Below are positions 11,522 to 23,427 of a stretch of 64,000 nt of DNA, piece by piece (positions within the stretch are counted from its first letter, which is position 1; each line of letters begins with the position of its first letter). The notes beneath the pieces are model-generated. The model did no database searches, had not been told where the DNA came from, and was given only the letters and a program-made list of their open reading frames with translations. Origin of the DNA: Longimicrobiales bacterium. Lineage in GTDB: Bacteria > Gemmatimonadota > Gemmatimonadetes > Longimicrobiales > Gaopeijiaceae. A program made the position numbers and the translations under genes. The stretch spans positions 800,001 through 864,000 of the forward strand of contig CBDAON010000004.1 in the NCBI GenBank assembly GCA_965198065.1, written 5' to 3'.

Positions 11522-12976
11522 TCACCGCCCCCCGCCGACGGAGAGGGCAGTCCACCTCCCGAGCAGCTCGAGCGTCCCCTCCAACGAGCGGTCGCCGGGC
11601 GAGCCGTCTCCCGGCTTCGCGGCCCCCGCTTGGACCTCGAAGCCGAGCGCATCATCCGGACGAAACGCCGCGCCGAGGAGCACTCCGGTACGGGTGCCGG
11701 GCCAGCGCTCGAGGAGGAGGTTCAGCTCCTCCCGACGCTCCCGGTAGATCTCCGCTTCGGCCGACCAGCGCCCTCCGTCGGACCAGGCCCTCCACCTGAG
11801 CGCGTGCCTCGTCCCGTATCCACCGAGCGTGGCGCCCATCGGGAGCCCGGCGGTCTCGTGCATCCCGAAGAGGTAGTGGTTGTACCACGTCCGTGTGCGT
11901 CCCTCCCCACACCAGAGGCAAAGGCTCGCGCCCGCGCCAACGGCCAGGTACTCGTACCGGAGGGCCCCGAGCCAGCCAGGGACCGAGAGCGGAACGAGAA
12001 CCGCCCGCGAGAAGCCCCGGGTCGTCCCGATAGGCGGCCTCCGAGTCGTTCACGGCCAGCGCGCCGTACACGACGAGCGGGAACCCGCCGAGACCGAGAC
12101 GGAGACGGGTAAAGAACTCCGCATACTGGTCCTCGAACTCGCCCTGGTTGGTCGAGTGCCTGCCTGCGATCATGCGAGCGACCCTTCCGGCGGTCACGGG
12201 GGGGACCCCCTCCCCGCCGAAGACGGCCGACCGGAGGACGCCGATCCGCCACGCGGGGATCGGATCCGTCGAGATCGCGAGGATCCCGTACCACGGATCC
12301 TCCACCGGGCCCACGCGGTCCATGGGGTGGACCGACGTCGCCACGCTGATCGCGCCGAGGAAGCCGAGAGGCCCGGGGAGTCGAAACGGGCTCACGCTCG
12401 AGAGGCCCACGCCGTCGAGGGGATGGGTTCCCGGCGCAAGCAGGTCGTCCCTTCCCGGGCCAAGCCGGGGGGTTGCCCGGCCGCCGGAGAGCTCGATCCC
12501 GGCGACGCGTACGGAGACCAGAAGCTCCCGAAGCCCCTGATAGGTTCCCCTTCCACCGGCCTCGATCTCCCCGAAGAACCGGAAGCGCCCGTGGGCTCGC
12601 GCCCTCACGCCAAGGCCAAGGAGAAGTCCCGTCCCAGGGTCGAGGAGCGCGTCCCCACCCCACCGCCCCCCTGAGCGGAGTTCCACGATGAGCGCGCCGG
12701 GCTCCCCGGCCCCTTCCGACCGCGGCAACGCGCCGGGAACACCCGGCCCCATGACCTCGAGCGGCGGCAGGGCCACCTCACCCCGGAGATGGAGGATCTC
12801 GAGAAGCTCCCGGAACTCCTCGTCCTCAAGCCCCCGCGCCACCGCTTCCTGCCCGGGGAGGGGCTCCTGCTGTAACCGGTCGGGCGCCGCCGCTCCGGAC
12901 GCCTTTCCCTGCGCCGGTGAAGCGAGGGCCACGCACGAAAACGCGAGGGCAGCGGTCGCGGCGCGCGACAGTCCAT
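11522..12976 (-). CDS. Wzi-like (capsule assembly) outer-membrane beta-barrel protein, frameshifted; start approximate
   Basis: Signal peptide-like AATAALAFSCVALASPAQG; SGGR..RLGPG, PFRLPG.LGFLG and RSAVFGGEG; C-terminal GLPMGATLGGYG. Confidence 0.55.
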
Positions 12977-13259
12977 GTGAAGCTCCCCGCCGCGGGTTCG
13001 GGCGCTTCGGGATTGGACGCGGGCTCGATCGGAGAGACAATCCGGCTCCCGGAAAGCGGGTACACACCCGGCCTCGGGCAACTGGGCCGCATACCACGAT
13101 GATCGGGGCCGCAGGGCTAGGCAACTCCTCGAATGGGGGCGCGGCGGCGGCTCACGAGCGCGGCCATTGCCCGAAGAACCACTCCCGCATACCGTTTGTC
13201 GGCTCGGGCGCGGCGTCCCGCCGCATCCCGGTGCTCATCTCGCCTCGGAAGCGCACGCG

Positions 13260-14426
13260 ATGGAGATCGCCGTCCTACGGGAACGACGCGCTCGGGAGCG
13301 GCGCGTAGCGCTCGCTCCGGATCACGTGCCCCAACTCGAGAAGCTGGGGCTTGGCGTGCGGGTGGAGGCCGGCGCGGGTGCCGCGGCCGGATGGAGCGAC
13401 GATGCGTACGAGGCCGCGGGAGCGCACGTCGAGTTGGATCGGAGGACCCTCCTCTCCGGGGCGGCCGGCGTGGTCAAGGTCCGGCCTCCCCTCTCTGGAG
13501 GCCCCGACGGCCACGCGTCCGGACAGCTCGCCGAGGACGAGGTCGCCATCCTGCCCGAGGGCGCGGTCATCGTCTCGTTCCTCTCGCCGGGAGCGTCGCC
13601 CGACCTGGTCGATCGCCTGGCGGCCAAGCGGATCTCCGCGATGGCCATGGAGCGGATCCCTCGCACGACGCGCGCCCAACGGATGGACGCTCTCTCGTCC
13701 CAGGCGACGGCAGCCGGATACCGGGCCGCGCTGCTCGCCGCGCTCCACCTCCCCCGCTTCTTCCCAATGCTCACCACCGCGGCCGGCACGATCCGCCCCG
13801 CGAAGGTCACCGTGCTCGGTGCCGGCGTGGCGGGGCTGCAGGCCATCTCGACCGCACGCCGGCTCGGCGCCGTCGTCCAGGGATACGACATCCGCGCGGC
13901 CGCCGCAGAGCAGGTGCGGAGCCTCGGCGCGACGTTCCTCTCGGAGGAGGAGGAGGAGGAGGAGGAGACCGGGCTCGAGGGTGCCGAGACGGCCGGAGGC
14001 TACGCCCGGGCGCTGGACCAGAGCGAGTCCGAGCGCCAGCTCGCGTTCCTCGGCCGACAACTGCCGAGCTCCGACGCGGTGATCACGACCGCGCAGATCC
14101 CTGGCCGCGCCGCCCCACAGCTCGTCACGCGGGAGGTCGTGGAAGCGATGCGGCCCGGATCCGTCGTCGTCGATGTGGCGGCTGAGACCGGCGGGAACTG
14201 CGAGCTGTCCGTGCCCGGCGAGACAACGGTACACGATGGAGTGACGATCCTCGCCCCCACTGACCTGCCCTCCGGCGTGGCGCAGCACGCGAGCCAGATG
14301 TACGGCACGAACATCGTCGCACTCCTGAAGCACGTGGCGAAGGACGGGGCACTTGTGCTCGACCCGAACGACGAGATCGTGGGTCCGGTCCTCGTGGCGC
14401 ACGACGGCCTGAAGCGGGATGTGTGA
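13260..14426 (+). CDS. pntAA: NAD(P) transhydrogenase alpha subunit, part 1
   Basis: ERRVALAP, RTTRAQRMDALSSQA, FFPMLTTAAGTI, GAGVAGLQAI and VITTAQIPGR. Confidence 0.95.
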   Translation: MEIAVLRERRARERRVALAPDHVPQLEKLGLGVRVEAGAGAAAGWSDDAYEAAGAHVELDRRTLLSGAAGVVKVRPPLSGGPDGHASGQLAEDEVAILPEGAVIVSFLSPGASPDLVDRLAAKRISAMAMERIPRTTRAQRMDALSSQATAAGYRAALLAALHLPRFFPMLTTAAGTIRPAKVTVLGAGVAGLQAISTARRLGAVVQGYDIRAAAAEQVRSLGATFLSEEEEEEEETGLEGAETAGGYARALDQSESERQLAFLGRQLPSSDAVITTAQIPGRAAPQLVTREVVEAMRPGSVVVDVAAETGGNCELSVPGETTVHDGVTILAPTDLPSGVAQHASQMYGTNIVALLKHVAKDGALVLDPNDEIVGPVLVAHDGLKRDV

Positions 14427-14482
14427 GCCGCGAAGACGTCGGCGGGAGGCCAGGAATAAACGACCGCCAAGCGAGGTGAACG

Positions 14483-14761
14483 ATGGGTGAGTGGCTGATC
14501 GGAGTCTATGTCTTCGTGCTGGCGAGCCTCGTCGGGTTCGAGCTGATCACCCGCGTGCCTCCGACGCTCCACACGCCGCTCATGTCCGGGGCGAACGCGG
14601 TCTCAGGAATCACGCTCATCGGTGCCCTCCTCGTGGCGGGAAGTGAGGGCGGCGCCCTCGCAACGACGCTTTCGGGGATTGCGGTCGCCCTCGCGACGAT
14701 CAACGTGGTGGGAGGCTTCCTCGTGACCGATCGGATGCTCCGCATGTTCAGGAAGGACTGA
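14483..14761 (+). CDS. pntAB: NAD(P) transhydrogenase alpha subunit, part 2
   Basis: VPPTLHTPLMSGANAVSG and NVVGGFLVTDRMLRMF. Confidence 0.95.
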   Translation: MGEWLIGVYVFVLASLVGFELITRVPPTLHTPLMSGANAVSGITLIGALLVAGSEGGALATTLSGIAVALATINVVGGFLVTDRMLRMFRKD

Positions 14762-14768
14762 CAACGAG

Positions 14769-16151
14769 ATGCCCCCGGTAGCGATCGACCTCGTCTATCT
14801 AGCCTCGGCCGTTCTTTTCGTCTTCGGCCTGAAGAAGCTGGGCTCCCCGGCCACCGCCCGGCAGGGGAACATCCTGTCCTCGACAGCCATGTTGATTGCG
14901 GTGGTGGGCACGCTGCTCGACCGCTCGATCGTGACCTGGGGCGTGATCGCGGTCGGGCTCGTGATCGGGTCGCTGGTGGGGGCGGTCCTGGCCCGCACCG
15001 TGAAGATGACTGCGATGCCGGAGTTGGTCGGTGCCTTCAACGGCTCCGGTGGCGCTGCCTCCGGACTCGTGGCCGCGGGCGAGCTCTTCCGTCAAGGGGC
15101 GAACTTCGACCCGGAGCTCGGTCAGGGGATCTCCGCGGCGCTCGGGATCCTCATCGGAGCGGTCACGTTCTCGGGAAGCTTCATCGCGTTCGGGAAGCTC
15201 CGGGGGATGGTCCCGAGCCGGCCGATCACGTACCCGCTCCAGAGGACCGTGAACCTACTCCTGTTCGTCGGGCTCCTGGTCGTGAGCGGGAACATGGTCT
15301 TGAGCGGCCCCACGCTGGCGAACATCGGTATGCTGAGCGGCGCGGCGCTCGTTCTCGGCGTCCTCCTCGTGCTCCCGATCGGCGGGGCCGACATGCCGGT
15401 CGTGATCTCGCTCCTCAACTCCTACTCCGGCCTCGCGGCTTCGGCCGCGGGGTTCGTCCTCGGGAATCCGCTCCTCGTCCTCGCGGGCGCCCTGGTCGGC
15501 GCGGCGGGGCTGATCCTCACCCGGCTCATGTGTCGGGCGATGAACCGCTCGCTCGCGAACGTGGCCTTCGGCGCATTCGGTGGAGAGGTCGCGGCGCCGG
15601 CGGGGGGCGGTAACGGGGACCGCTCGGTGCGGAGGACGACTCCCGAGGAGGCGGCGATGCTGCTCGCATATGCCCCCTCGGTCGTGATCGTTCCGGGATA
15701 CGGCCTCGCGGTCGCACAGGCCCAGCACGAGGCGAAGAAGCTGACCGACCTCCTCAAGCAGCGGGGTGTCTCGGTCAAGTACGCGATCCATCCGGTGGCC
15801 GGTCGAATGCCGGGCCATATGAATGTTCTCCTCGCGGAGGCGGACGTGCCGTACGACCTCCTCGTCGACATGGACGACGTGAACCCCGAGCTCCCCCGCA
15901 CGGGGGTGGCCGTCGTCGTGGGAGCGAACGATGTTGTGAATCCGCTGGCGCGCGATCCATCGAGCGCGATCGCTGGCATGCCGATCCTGGACGTGGACCG
16001 CGCGCAGAACGTGATCATCATCAAGCGCAGCCTGAGCTCGGGCTTCGCCGGAATTGACAACCCGCTCTTTTATCTGGACAACTCGATGATGCTCTTCTCG
16101 GACGCACGCGAGGCGCTGGCGGAGATCTGTCGCGAGATGAAGGAGGTCTGA
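14769..16151 (+). CDS. pntB: NAD(P) transhydrogenase beta subunit
   Basis: IGGADMPVVISLLNSYSG, HPVAGRMPGHMNVLLAEA and GANDVVNP. Confidence 0.97.
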   Translation: MPPVAIDLVYLASAVLFVFGLKKLGSPATARQGNILSSTAMLIAVVGTLLDRSIVTWGVIAVGLVIGSLVGAVLARTVKMTAMPELVGAFNGSGGAASGLVAAGELFRQGANFDPELGQGISAALGILIGAVTFSGSFIAFGKLRGMVPSRPITYPLQRTVNLLLFVGLLVVSGNMVLSGPTLANIGMLSGAALVLGVLLVLPIGGADMPVVISLLNSYSGLAASAAGFVLGNPLLVLAGALVGAAGLILTRLMCRAMNRSLANVAFGAFGGEVAAPAGGGNGDRSVRRTTPEEAAMLLAYAPSVVIVPGYGLAVAQAQHEAKKLTDLLKQRGVSVKYAIHPVAGRMPGHMNVLLAEADVPYDLLVDMDDVNPELPRTGVAVVVGANDVVNPLARDPSSAIAGMPILDVDRAQNVIIIKRSLSSGFAGIDNPLFYLDNSMMLFSDAREALAEICREMKEV

Positions 16152-16203
16152 CCGGTCGGGTTCGTGCGCCGGAGCGTGATCCTGGAGCTCCTGACCGCCA
16201 TCG

Positions 16204-17688
16204 TCACGCCCCGGAGCGCGATCCCGGAGCTCCGGCCGCTACCCTCGCCGCCGCCTCGGCCCTGAGCGCCCGCCACGTGCGCTCCAGGTGCTCCCTCCCG
16301 GTCCTCAGATTACCGATCGAGAGCCGGAGCGCGACGCGGCCCTGGAGGCGGGTGTGCGAGAGGAACGCCGTGCCCGAGGCGTTAACGCGCTCGAGCAGGT
16401 CGAGATTCATCGCGTCCCGCTCCTCGGCGCTCCCCCCCGCCGGAGCGAACCGAAACACGACAGTCGAGAACACCACCGGCGCGACCCGCTCCCATCCAGG
16501 CTCTTCGTCGATCCAGCCCGCCAGCGCTTGGGCGAGGGCAATGTGGTGGCGGATCCGTTCCCGGATTCCGTCGGCGCCGAAATACCGGAGAACGAACCAG
16601 AGCTTGAGCGCGCGGAAACGGCGTCCCAACGCCACCCCGTAGTCCATCAGGTTCGTGGCCACCCCCGTTTCCCGGGTCCGGAGGTATTCCGGCGTGAGCG
16701 CGAGGGATCCCGTCAGCTCGTCGGAGCGGCGCGTAAGGAGCACTGAGCAGTCCACGGGCGTGAAGAGCCACTTGTGCGGGTTGAAGACGATCGAGTCGGC
16801 CCGCTCCCATCCCCGGAAGACCTTCCCGAGCTCGGGGAGCATCGCGGACGCTCCCGCGTAGGCGGCGTCCACGTGCAGCCAGAGGCCCAGCTCCTCGGTC
16901 ACGCCCGCGATCTCCGCGACCGGATCGGGCGAGGCGGTAGAAGTCGTGCCGATCGTCGCGACGACGGCGGTGGGTCGGATCCCCGCCTCGCGATCGGAGA
17001 GGATCGCCTCACGTAGGCAATCGGGACGCATTCGAAACTCCGAGTCCACCGCGACCTTCCGGACGCCGTCCCGCCCAAACCCAAGGACGATGCTCGCCTT
17101 GTCGATGGACGAGTGGGTTTCCTCGGACGCGTAGATCCGTCCCCTGGGGAGCGAGAAGAGCCCGGCCTCCCGCGCTTCAGGGTAAGCACGGTGCCGGGCC
17201 GCGGCGAGGGCGACGAGGGAGCTGGTAGAAGCCGTGTCCTGGATCGCCCCGATGAACGCGGGGGGAAGTCCGAGGAGCTCGCGAACCCAGTCCAGGACGT
17301 GCGCCTCCAGCTCCGTGGCCGCGGGCGAGCTCCGCCAGACCATCGCGTTCACGTTCAGGGCGGCGGCGAGCATCTCCCCCAGGATCCCCGGACCGGATCC
17401 GGTCACGGCGAAGTAGCCGTGGAAAGAGGGGTGGTTCCAGTGCGTGACGGCGGGAAGGACGATCCGCTCGAAGTCCCGGAGTATCTCGGAGAAGTCCTCC
17501 CCGTCCTCGGGGGCCCTCGCGGGAAGCGCCGCCCGAAGCTCGCCCGGGGCCGTACGGGACATGACGGGGCGCTCCCCGACCTCCTCGAGGTAGCGCGCGA
17601 TCCACTCGACCGCCGCCGCCCCCCACCGCCGGAACTCGTCCTCGGGCATGTCCCCGAGGGCGGGCGCGGCTCCCCGGGCACTGTCCAT
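16204..17688 (-). CDS. PLP-dependent group II (aromatic L-amino acid) decarboxylase
   Basis: THWNHPSFHGYF, WRSSPAATELE, WLHVDAAYAG, NPHKWL (PLP Lys) and GRRFRALKLW. Confidence 0.92.
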   Translation of the reverse strand: MDSARGAAPALGDMPEDEFRRWGAAAVEWIARYLEEVGERPVMSRTAPGELRAALPARAPEDGEDFSEILRDFERIVLPAVTHWNHPSFHGYFAVTGSGPGILGEMLAAALNVNAMVWRSSPAATELEAHVLDWVRELLGLPPAFIGAIQDTASTSSLVALAAARHRAYPEAREAGLFSLPRGRIYASEETHSSIDKASIVLGFGRDGVRKVAVDSEFRMRPDCLREAILSDREAGIRPTAVVATIGTTSTASPDPVAEIAGVTEELGLWLHVDAAYAGASAMLPELGKVFRGWERADSIVFNPHKWLFTPVDCSVLLTRRSDELTGSLALTPEYLRTRETGVATNLMDYGVALGRRFRALKLWFVLRYFGADGIRERIRHHIALAQALAGWIDEEPGWERVAPVVFSTVVFRFAPAGGSAEERDAMNLDLLERVNASGTAFLSHTRLQGRVALRLSIGNLRTGREHLERTWRALRAEAAARVAAGAPGSRSGA

Positions 17689-17728
17689 GGTCTTCGGGCC
17701 GGTCGGATCCACTAGCTGGCCCGATCCA

Positions 17729-18382
17729 CTAGTTGGCCCGGTCGGCCCCTGCTTCGAGATCAAGCGCGGAGAGGCGCTCCAGGTCCTCCCAGAGACCGGC
17801 CACCTGTTCCTGGACTTCATCCAGGAGAGCGGGGGCCGGTCCGTCCGTCACGCCCGTGCCGTGGAAGTGCTGGAAGAACAGGGCGTCCGTGTGCCCGACG
17901 CTCGCGTACGTCACGCCGAGGTCGATCAGTCGGTTGAGGAGGAGGCCGTCCCTGAGCCCTAGCACGGCCGAGCCAGACGAGGGCGGATCGTCATAGAGGA
18001 AGCGCAGAACGACCTCTCTCAGCAACTGGAACTCCTCCACCGACTCCCCCGCCGCCTGCCCCCGGTGGGCGCCGAGACTCCCGAACAGCTCCGCCGCTTG
18101 CTGGACGAGGGCCTCCACCTGTGCCCGGAGCGCCCCCATCCCGGGAGCAAGAAACGCGACGAAGAGCTGCACAAACTCGTGAAGCAGAGCAAGCACCTCC
18201 TCGTCCACACCCTCGCCACGCGAGCGCAACTCGGCGATCCAGCGGTCGGCGATGGCGTCCCGATGCCGGTCGAGCCACTCGATCACCTCGTCCGGGGTGA
18301 GGAGCCGCCGATTGCGGTCGGAAGCGGTGGAGGGCTTCGCCGTCACCCCACCCTCGGCGAGAGGAGGGTCCAGTGGAATCAT
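17729..18382 (-). CDS. RsbRD N-terminal-like all-helical protein
   Basis: IADRWIAEL...AAELFGSLGAHRGQAAGESVEEFQLLREVVLRFL resembles the RsbRD_N globin-like pattern. Confidence 0.55.
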   Translation of the reverse strand: MIPLDPPLAEGGVTAKPSTASDRNRRLLTPDEVIEWLDRHRDAIADRWIAELRSRGEGVDEEVLALLHEFVQLFVAFLAPGMGALRAQVEALVQQAAELFGSLGAHRGQAAGESVEEFQLLREVVLRFLYDDPPSSGSAVLGLRDGLLLNRLIDLGVTYASVGHTDALFFQHFHGTGVTDGPAPALLDEVQEQVAGLWEDLERLSALDLEAGADRAN

Positions 18383-18447
18383 GAATCCTGGGTGGGACCC
18401 GCGGGATCGAACTCCGAATCTGAAGTTACGAATCTGCCCGAGGCACG

Positions 18448-21400
18448 CTACCCCCGTCGGCCCCCACCCCGGAGTCGTTCGCGCGGGGTCCGACAGGGAG
18501 CCAGGTGCATCCAGATCACGGTCCCCCGCCCCGGTCGGCTCTCGGCCCGGACCGTCCCTCCCCACGACTCGACCAGCCGCCTCACGATCGCGAGCCCTAG
18601 CCCGGTCCCACCCGACCGAGTAGAGAAGTGCGGCTCGAAGACACGGGGAAGCAGGTCCGGCGTGATCCCGGTTCCTTCGTCCCTGACCTGGAGATCCACG
18701 CCCGTCTCCGACTCGAGGGCCTCCAGGCAAACGGTGCCGCCGGACGGAAGCGCGGTCCGCGCATTCTCGAGGAGGTTGACCAGCACCTCCTTCATCTCGC
18801 CGCTCCGCGCTCGGACCGGCGGAAGCCCCGATCCGCCCGAGTACTCGAACCGCACGGGCCCGTCTCCCGCCCTGTACAGATCGAGCACCTCGCCCACGAC
18901 CTCGTCCAGGTGCACGGGCTCGAGCGAGGTTCCTCCGTGAGGGGCTGGCGCGGCGAAGCGTGAAAAGGAGCTGGCCACGGACGCGAGCCGGTCGATCTCC
19001 TCCAGGATCGCCTCCACGTTCTTCTCCAGGATCTCGGCAAAGTCGGAGCGCCGATCCTCCCACGCCCGGCGGATGTGTTGCACCCCGAGCTTCATTGGCG
19101 TGAGAGGGTTTTTGACCTCGTGCGCCACCTGTTGAGCCATGTCTCCCCAGGCCAGGATCCGCTCCGTGCGGAGCTCGTCCGTCACGTCCTCAAGCGTCAG
19201 CACGACACCACCCGGCGGGCCCCGCCTGGAGATGCGGCGAGCGCGAACCCGGACGCGGCGTTCCCCGAAGGAGATTTCCTCGGAGGCCTCCGGGAGGCCG
19301 TCCGACAGGTACGCGCGCACCCATGCGGCGAGGGCCTCCCGCCCGTCTCCCGTCATCTCGCCCCCCGGCAGCGGGGCGCCCAGCTTGACGGCGGTGCCCA
19401 TCAGCCACTCCGCCCGCGGGTTCACGAGCCGCACGTCCCCCCGCACATCCAACGCGACGACCCCCGTCGCCACTTCCTCCACGATCGCGCGGGTCCGGCG
19501 GCTCGATCGAAGAAGGGCCCGTCTGGCCTTCGACAATCTGTCCACCATCCGGTTGAACGCGTCGAACACTGCCCCGAACTCGTCGCTCCGACCGTCCGGA
19601 AGCCGGACGGCCATGTTGCCCCCCCACCCGCTCCGACCCCACCCGGAGGGTCTGGATCGGCCGCGCCAGGGCGCGGCCGACAAGCAGGGCCAGAAGCGTC
19701 GAGAGGACCGCCCCCATCACCACTGAGAACCCCAGCAGGTCAGCGACGTCGCGCTGTCCGAGAGCCATGGGCCCCCGCCTGGAGGGGAGCGGGCGCCGCG
19801 AGCGTGCGCCCTCCCCCGATCCGGCGATACGCCACCACGTAGTCCCAGCCCCCGAGGCTCGCCGTGGCGGTGGTCATGAGGTCCTCGCCCGAGCGCACCC
19901 CGGCGTCTACCGCTGGCGGGAGCCACCCTTCGTAAAGCCCCAGCTCGAGCAGCTCGGGGTTCGAGCCGCCGACGAGGTCACCGTTCTCGTAGAGGAGGAG
20001 GTCCGAGCCCACGCGGCCCGCCAGCACGTCCATCGCCCCTTCCACCTCGGCGTACCACGAGGCAGCATCTTCGGCCGCACGGGTCGCGAGCGAGTCGGCC
20101 GTGCGGAGAGCCGCAGCCGACAGGGTTCGATAGGCCAGCGTCCCGAAGAGGATCGACGGAGTGAGGAAGAAGGCGAAGAGCGCCGCGGTCACCCTCCCCC
20201 GAAACGTCGTGAGCGTGGCGATCCACTGGACGGCTCTGGCCGGCCCTCCTTCCTGAAGCCATCGCCCCGCCGTCCAGAACAGCCCCAGGATTCCCACGTT
20301 CAGGAGGAGGAGCAGAGTTGCGCGCGCCAGTAGGAGGATCCACCCGGGAAGCTCGACCAGGTAGTGGGCGTGGTACCCGTCGTCCGGGTAGGCCACATAG
20401 GTTTCTCCCTGCCACCCCTGGTTCGTGCGCACCCACTCGATCCCCTCCGTCGTGCCGGGCACCTCACCGGGAAGGGCGGGGATCAGCACCAGCGGGTCGG
20501 GCGTGCCCCGCGCGGGGGAGAAGAGCGGGCCCAGGGGGGAGGCCCCGGTCAGCATCCTTCGCGGAGGAAGGATCGCGCTCACGAACGCCCCGCGCGTCAG
20601 AGGAGCCATACCCACGTAGTGGGTGTCCGCCAGGTCGAAGCGACGGACCACCGGCTCACCCGACGCCTCCGCCGCGGCGGTTACGTCTTCGCGGAGGGGC
20701 GGGCGGGTGCCCGACACTCCGATCTGGAGCTCGTCCCGCGGCGTGCCGTCCGCCGACCAGAACGTGATCCAGAGGGGAACGCCCTCCTGCGCGAGCCCGC
20801 TCTCCGTCCACGCGCCGTACAGCACCTCGACCGGCTCCCGTTCCTCGGCAGCGAGCTCGCGAACGCGCTCTCCCCATCGGAGGAGCAGGAACTCGAGGAA
20901 GGGATCGGGCCTCGTTCCGAGGCGTTCCACCCGCTCTTCGGCCACCTGAATGCGAGCCTGCACGCGCAGGTTCCACGCCCAGGGCAGGACCAGGGTCACG
21001 GAGAGCACGCTCAGGAAAACGTACCGGAGCAGGTGCCTGGACCAGGTCGGCCCAGCCGGAGCCCCGGCCAGCACGCCCCAGGCGGGGACGGTCCAGAGCA
21101 TCGCCAACCAGGCGGAGCGGCCCGCGGGGATCTGTCCCGCTAAGGCTGCCCACCCGAGGGAAAGCGCGAGTGCCCCGAGAACGGCCGCCCCGAGAACGAC
21201 AGGGCGACCCCGATCCTCCGTCCCGCTCCCCGGAGCGCCGAGAGACGCGACCATCCCCATAACGAGAAGACTGAGCCCCACCGCGGCGCCCTGGAACGCG
21301 ATCCAGCCGGCCTCGCCCTGCGCCAGAAAGTCGCGAGAGGCTCCCACCTCGCAGAGGAGGAGGGCCCCCGTGGCCAGCGCGGTCGCCGCAAGCGAGGCGC

Positions 21401-22489
21401 CGAGATACGCGAAACGCGTCCGGTTCGAAGCATCCCCAGGGCCAGCGCGCCCCCGAGGCCGAGGGCAAGGAGATCCTCGATCGTCAGAGGGAGGGGGCCC
21501 GCGAGCAGGAAGTCCGCCGGAGAGAAGGCGTCGGCCAGCCCCGTGAGCCGACCTACCGGAAGGGCAAGGACGAAGGTCACGAGGGATCCACCAGCAACCG
21601 CAGGCCCGAGCGGGTCCGCTTTCGCCGCGAGCAGGGACAGGAACCACCCCGCGAGAAGGAGGAGAGTGACCCCTCGCATCCAGAGCATCTCGTGGCGCGC
21701 CCTCTCCTCCCCCTCCGACGCCGGAAGGAGGGTGACGCTCAAGAGGACTCGATCCTCCCAACCGACGTCGAACACGCTCGCGCCGAGCGCGTGCTCGGCT
21801 CGGGAGACCTCGATCCGGGCGCCCGACGCGTCCTCGAACCTAGATCGGAAGTCGACCCCCGGCGGGACGAGCGGGGGGGGAAGCTCGGACCGGAGCAGGG
21901 ACGCAGCTACGGCCGTGCCTCCGCCCGCCACGGGTTCGGTCACGTACAGGTACCCAAAGAGCGCTCCCTCGCGGTACATGTATCGGGACGCGCCCCCGCG
22001 GACATCCGCCGGAATCGGCCCCTGGTGGCTCCCGTCCCAGGCGAGGAGCTCCCCCGAAGGGCCGAACAGTGCGAGCGCATCTACCCCTTCCGCCAGCAGC
22101 CCCGGGCGGAAGGCCGACATTCCGAGGGGTGTCTCGGAGGCGACTGCGGACAGGCGACTCGCGGCCCCCTCCCCGGCCGCGAGGAGGGTGTCGAACGCTC
22201 CGGCCAGGCGGGCCTGGGCCTCCACCTCCCTCGCCGCCGAGCGCTCCGGCCACTCCCTGGCAAACCGGTCCAGGCTCGCATGGGCGGCCAGGACTGCCGC
22301 TGTCCCAGCGAGAAGGAGCCCTCCGGCCCATGCCGTGCGTCGGTCCTTCCGATCGCCGAGGAGAAGGCCCGAAATGACCGCCGGGCCGGAAACGAGGGTC
22401 CAGAGGACCTCGCCCGAGCCCACCCAAAGGGCGAGGGCGGTCGCGCCCCCGTGAAAGCCCAGAAGTGACCACAGGGGCCCCCGGCTCAC
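18448..22489 (-). CDS. Large multi-TM sensor histidine kinase (NtrY-like), frameshifted into three ORFs
   Basis: HAMP (DEFGAVFDAFNRMV), PAS, H-box AQQVAHEVKNPLTP, N-box NLLENA, G1 DEGTG and G2 GTGLGLAIV. Upstream TM-rich ORFs 19740-21761 and 21140-22489 lie on the same strand. Confidence 0.85.
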
Positions 22490-22695
22490 CTGGGTTGCCC
22501 TCTCTCGTGAGGAAGCAGAGATTTCACCATGTTTCTGAGCCCCGGACCGGGTTCGCGGGCCTCGCCGTGAACCCGGGACGCCCGGCGATCCGTAGGTGCA
22601 AGATGGATCCGTGACCGGAGGCCGGACAGGGGAGCCCGGCCCCTACCCTCGAACGGCTCTGTGGCCGTTCTGGCACCCCCCTCTTTGGACCATCC

Positions 22696-23385
22696 ATGCG
22701 ATATCCTACCCTATTCTTGTCCTCCGCCGCATGGCTGTTCCTCTCGACCGGCCTGGAGGCCCAGGCCGTGACGCTAGACGAGGGGGTCTTTCGCATCTCC
22801 GTCGACGGGCGTGCCGTGGGGACCGAGGCGTTCTCGATCCACCGAACCGCGCCCGGCGGGGACGGGCAGGTACTCGCGTCGGCACAGCTGGACGTCGAGG
22901 AGGCTGGAGGCGCGCTCCACCTCCGGGTGGGCCTCGACGCGGCCCCCGAGGACCTCACGATCCGCCGCTACGAGGTGAAGGCGTCCGGGACCATCGAGGA
23001 AGAGAGCGTCTTGCTGCTCAGTGGTCAGCGGCTCGTGGCCACGACTCGCTCCACGCGCGGCGAGCGCGAGCGGGAGTTCCGGGCGACCGCCCGAACCGTC
23101 GTGCTCGACACGGGGCTGGCGCATCACTACTACTTCCTCGTCAGCCGGGCCCCGACCGGCGGGATCGTCCCCGTGGTCGCTCCGCGCGCCGGGCGACAGT
23201 ACGACGCCACGGTTGCGGAGGTCGGCAGTGAGACGCTGCTGATCGGGGGAACGCAGGTTCAGGCGCGACGACTCAGGGTCGAGGGCGGCGGAGAGAGCCG
23301 AGACGTCTGGGTGGACCGCGAGGGACGGGTCCTGAGGGTCCAGGATGCCTCGGGGTACGTGGCGGTCCGGGAGCAGGCGCCCTGA
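22696..23385 (+). CDS. Secreted beta-rich hypothetical protein (DUF3108/DUF6134-like)
   Basis: Signal peptide ending LEAQ; VGTEAFSI; C-terminal RDVWVDREGRVLRV. Confidence 0.6.
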   Translation: MRYPTLFLSSAAWLFLSTGLEAQAVTLDEGVFRISVDGRAVGTEAFSIHRTAPGGDGQVLASAQLDVEEAGGALHLRVGLDAAPEDLTIRRYEVKASGTIEEESVLLLSGQRLVATTRSTRGEREREFRATARTVVLDTGLAHHYYFLVSRAPTGGIVPVVAPRAGRQYDATVAEVGSETLLIGGTQVQARRLRVEGGGESRDVWVDREGRVLRVQDASGYVAVREQAP

Positions 23386-23427
23386 CGTGTGTCCCCGAGT
23401 CACTCGCTTAAAGAGGGGGTCCGAGAG

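Noticed and set aside
13943..13967. (GAG)n run in pntAA; similar runs at 47975-48010
   Set aside because: In-frame poly-Glu/Asp linkers, not a phase-variable repeat or array.
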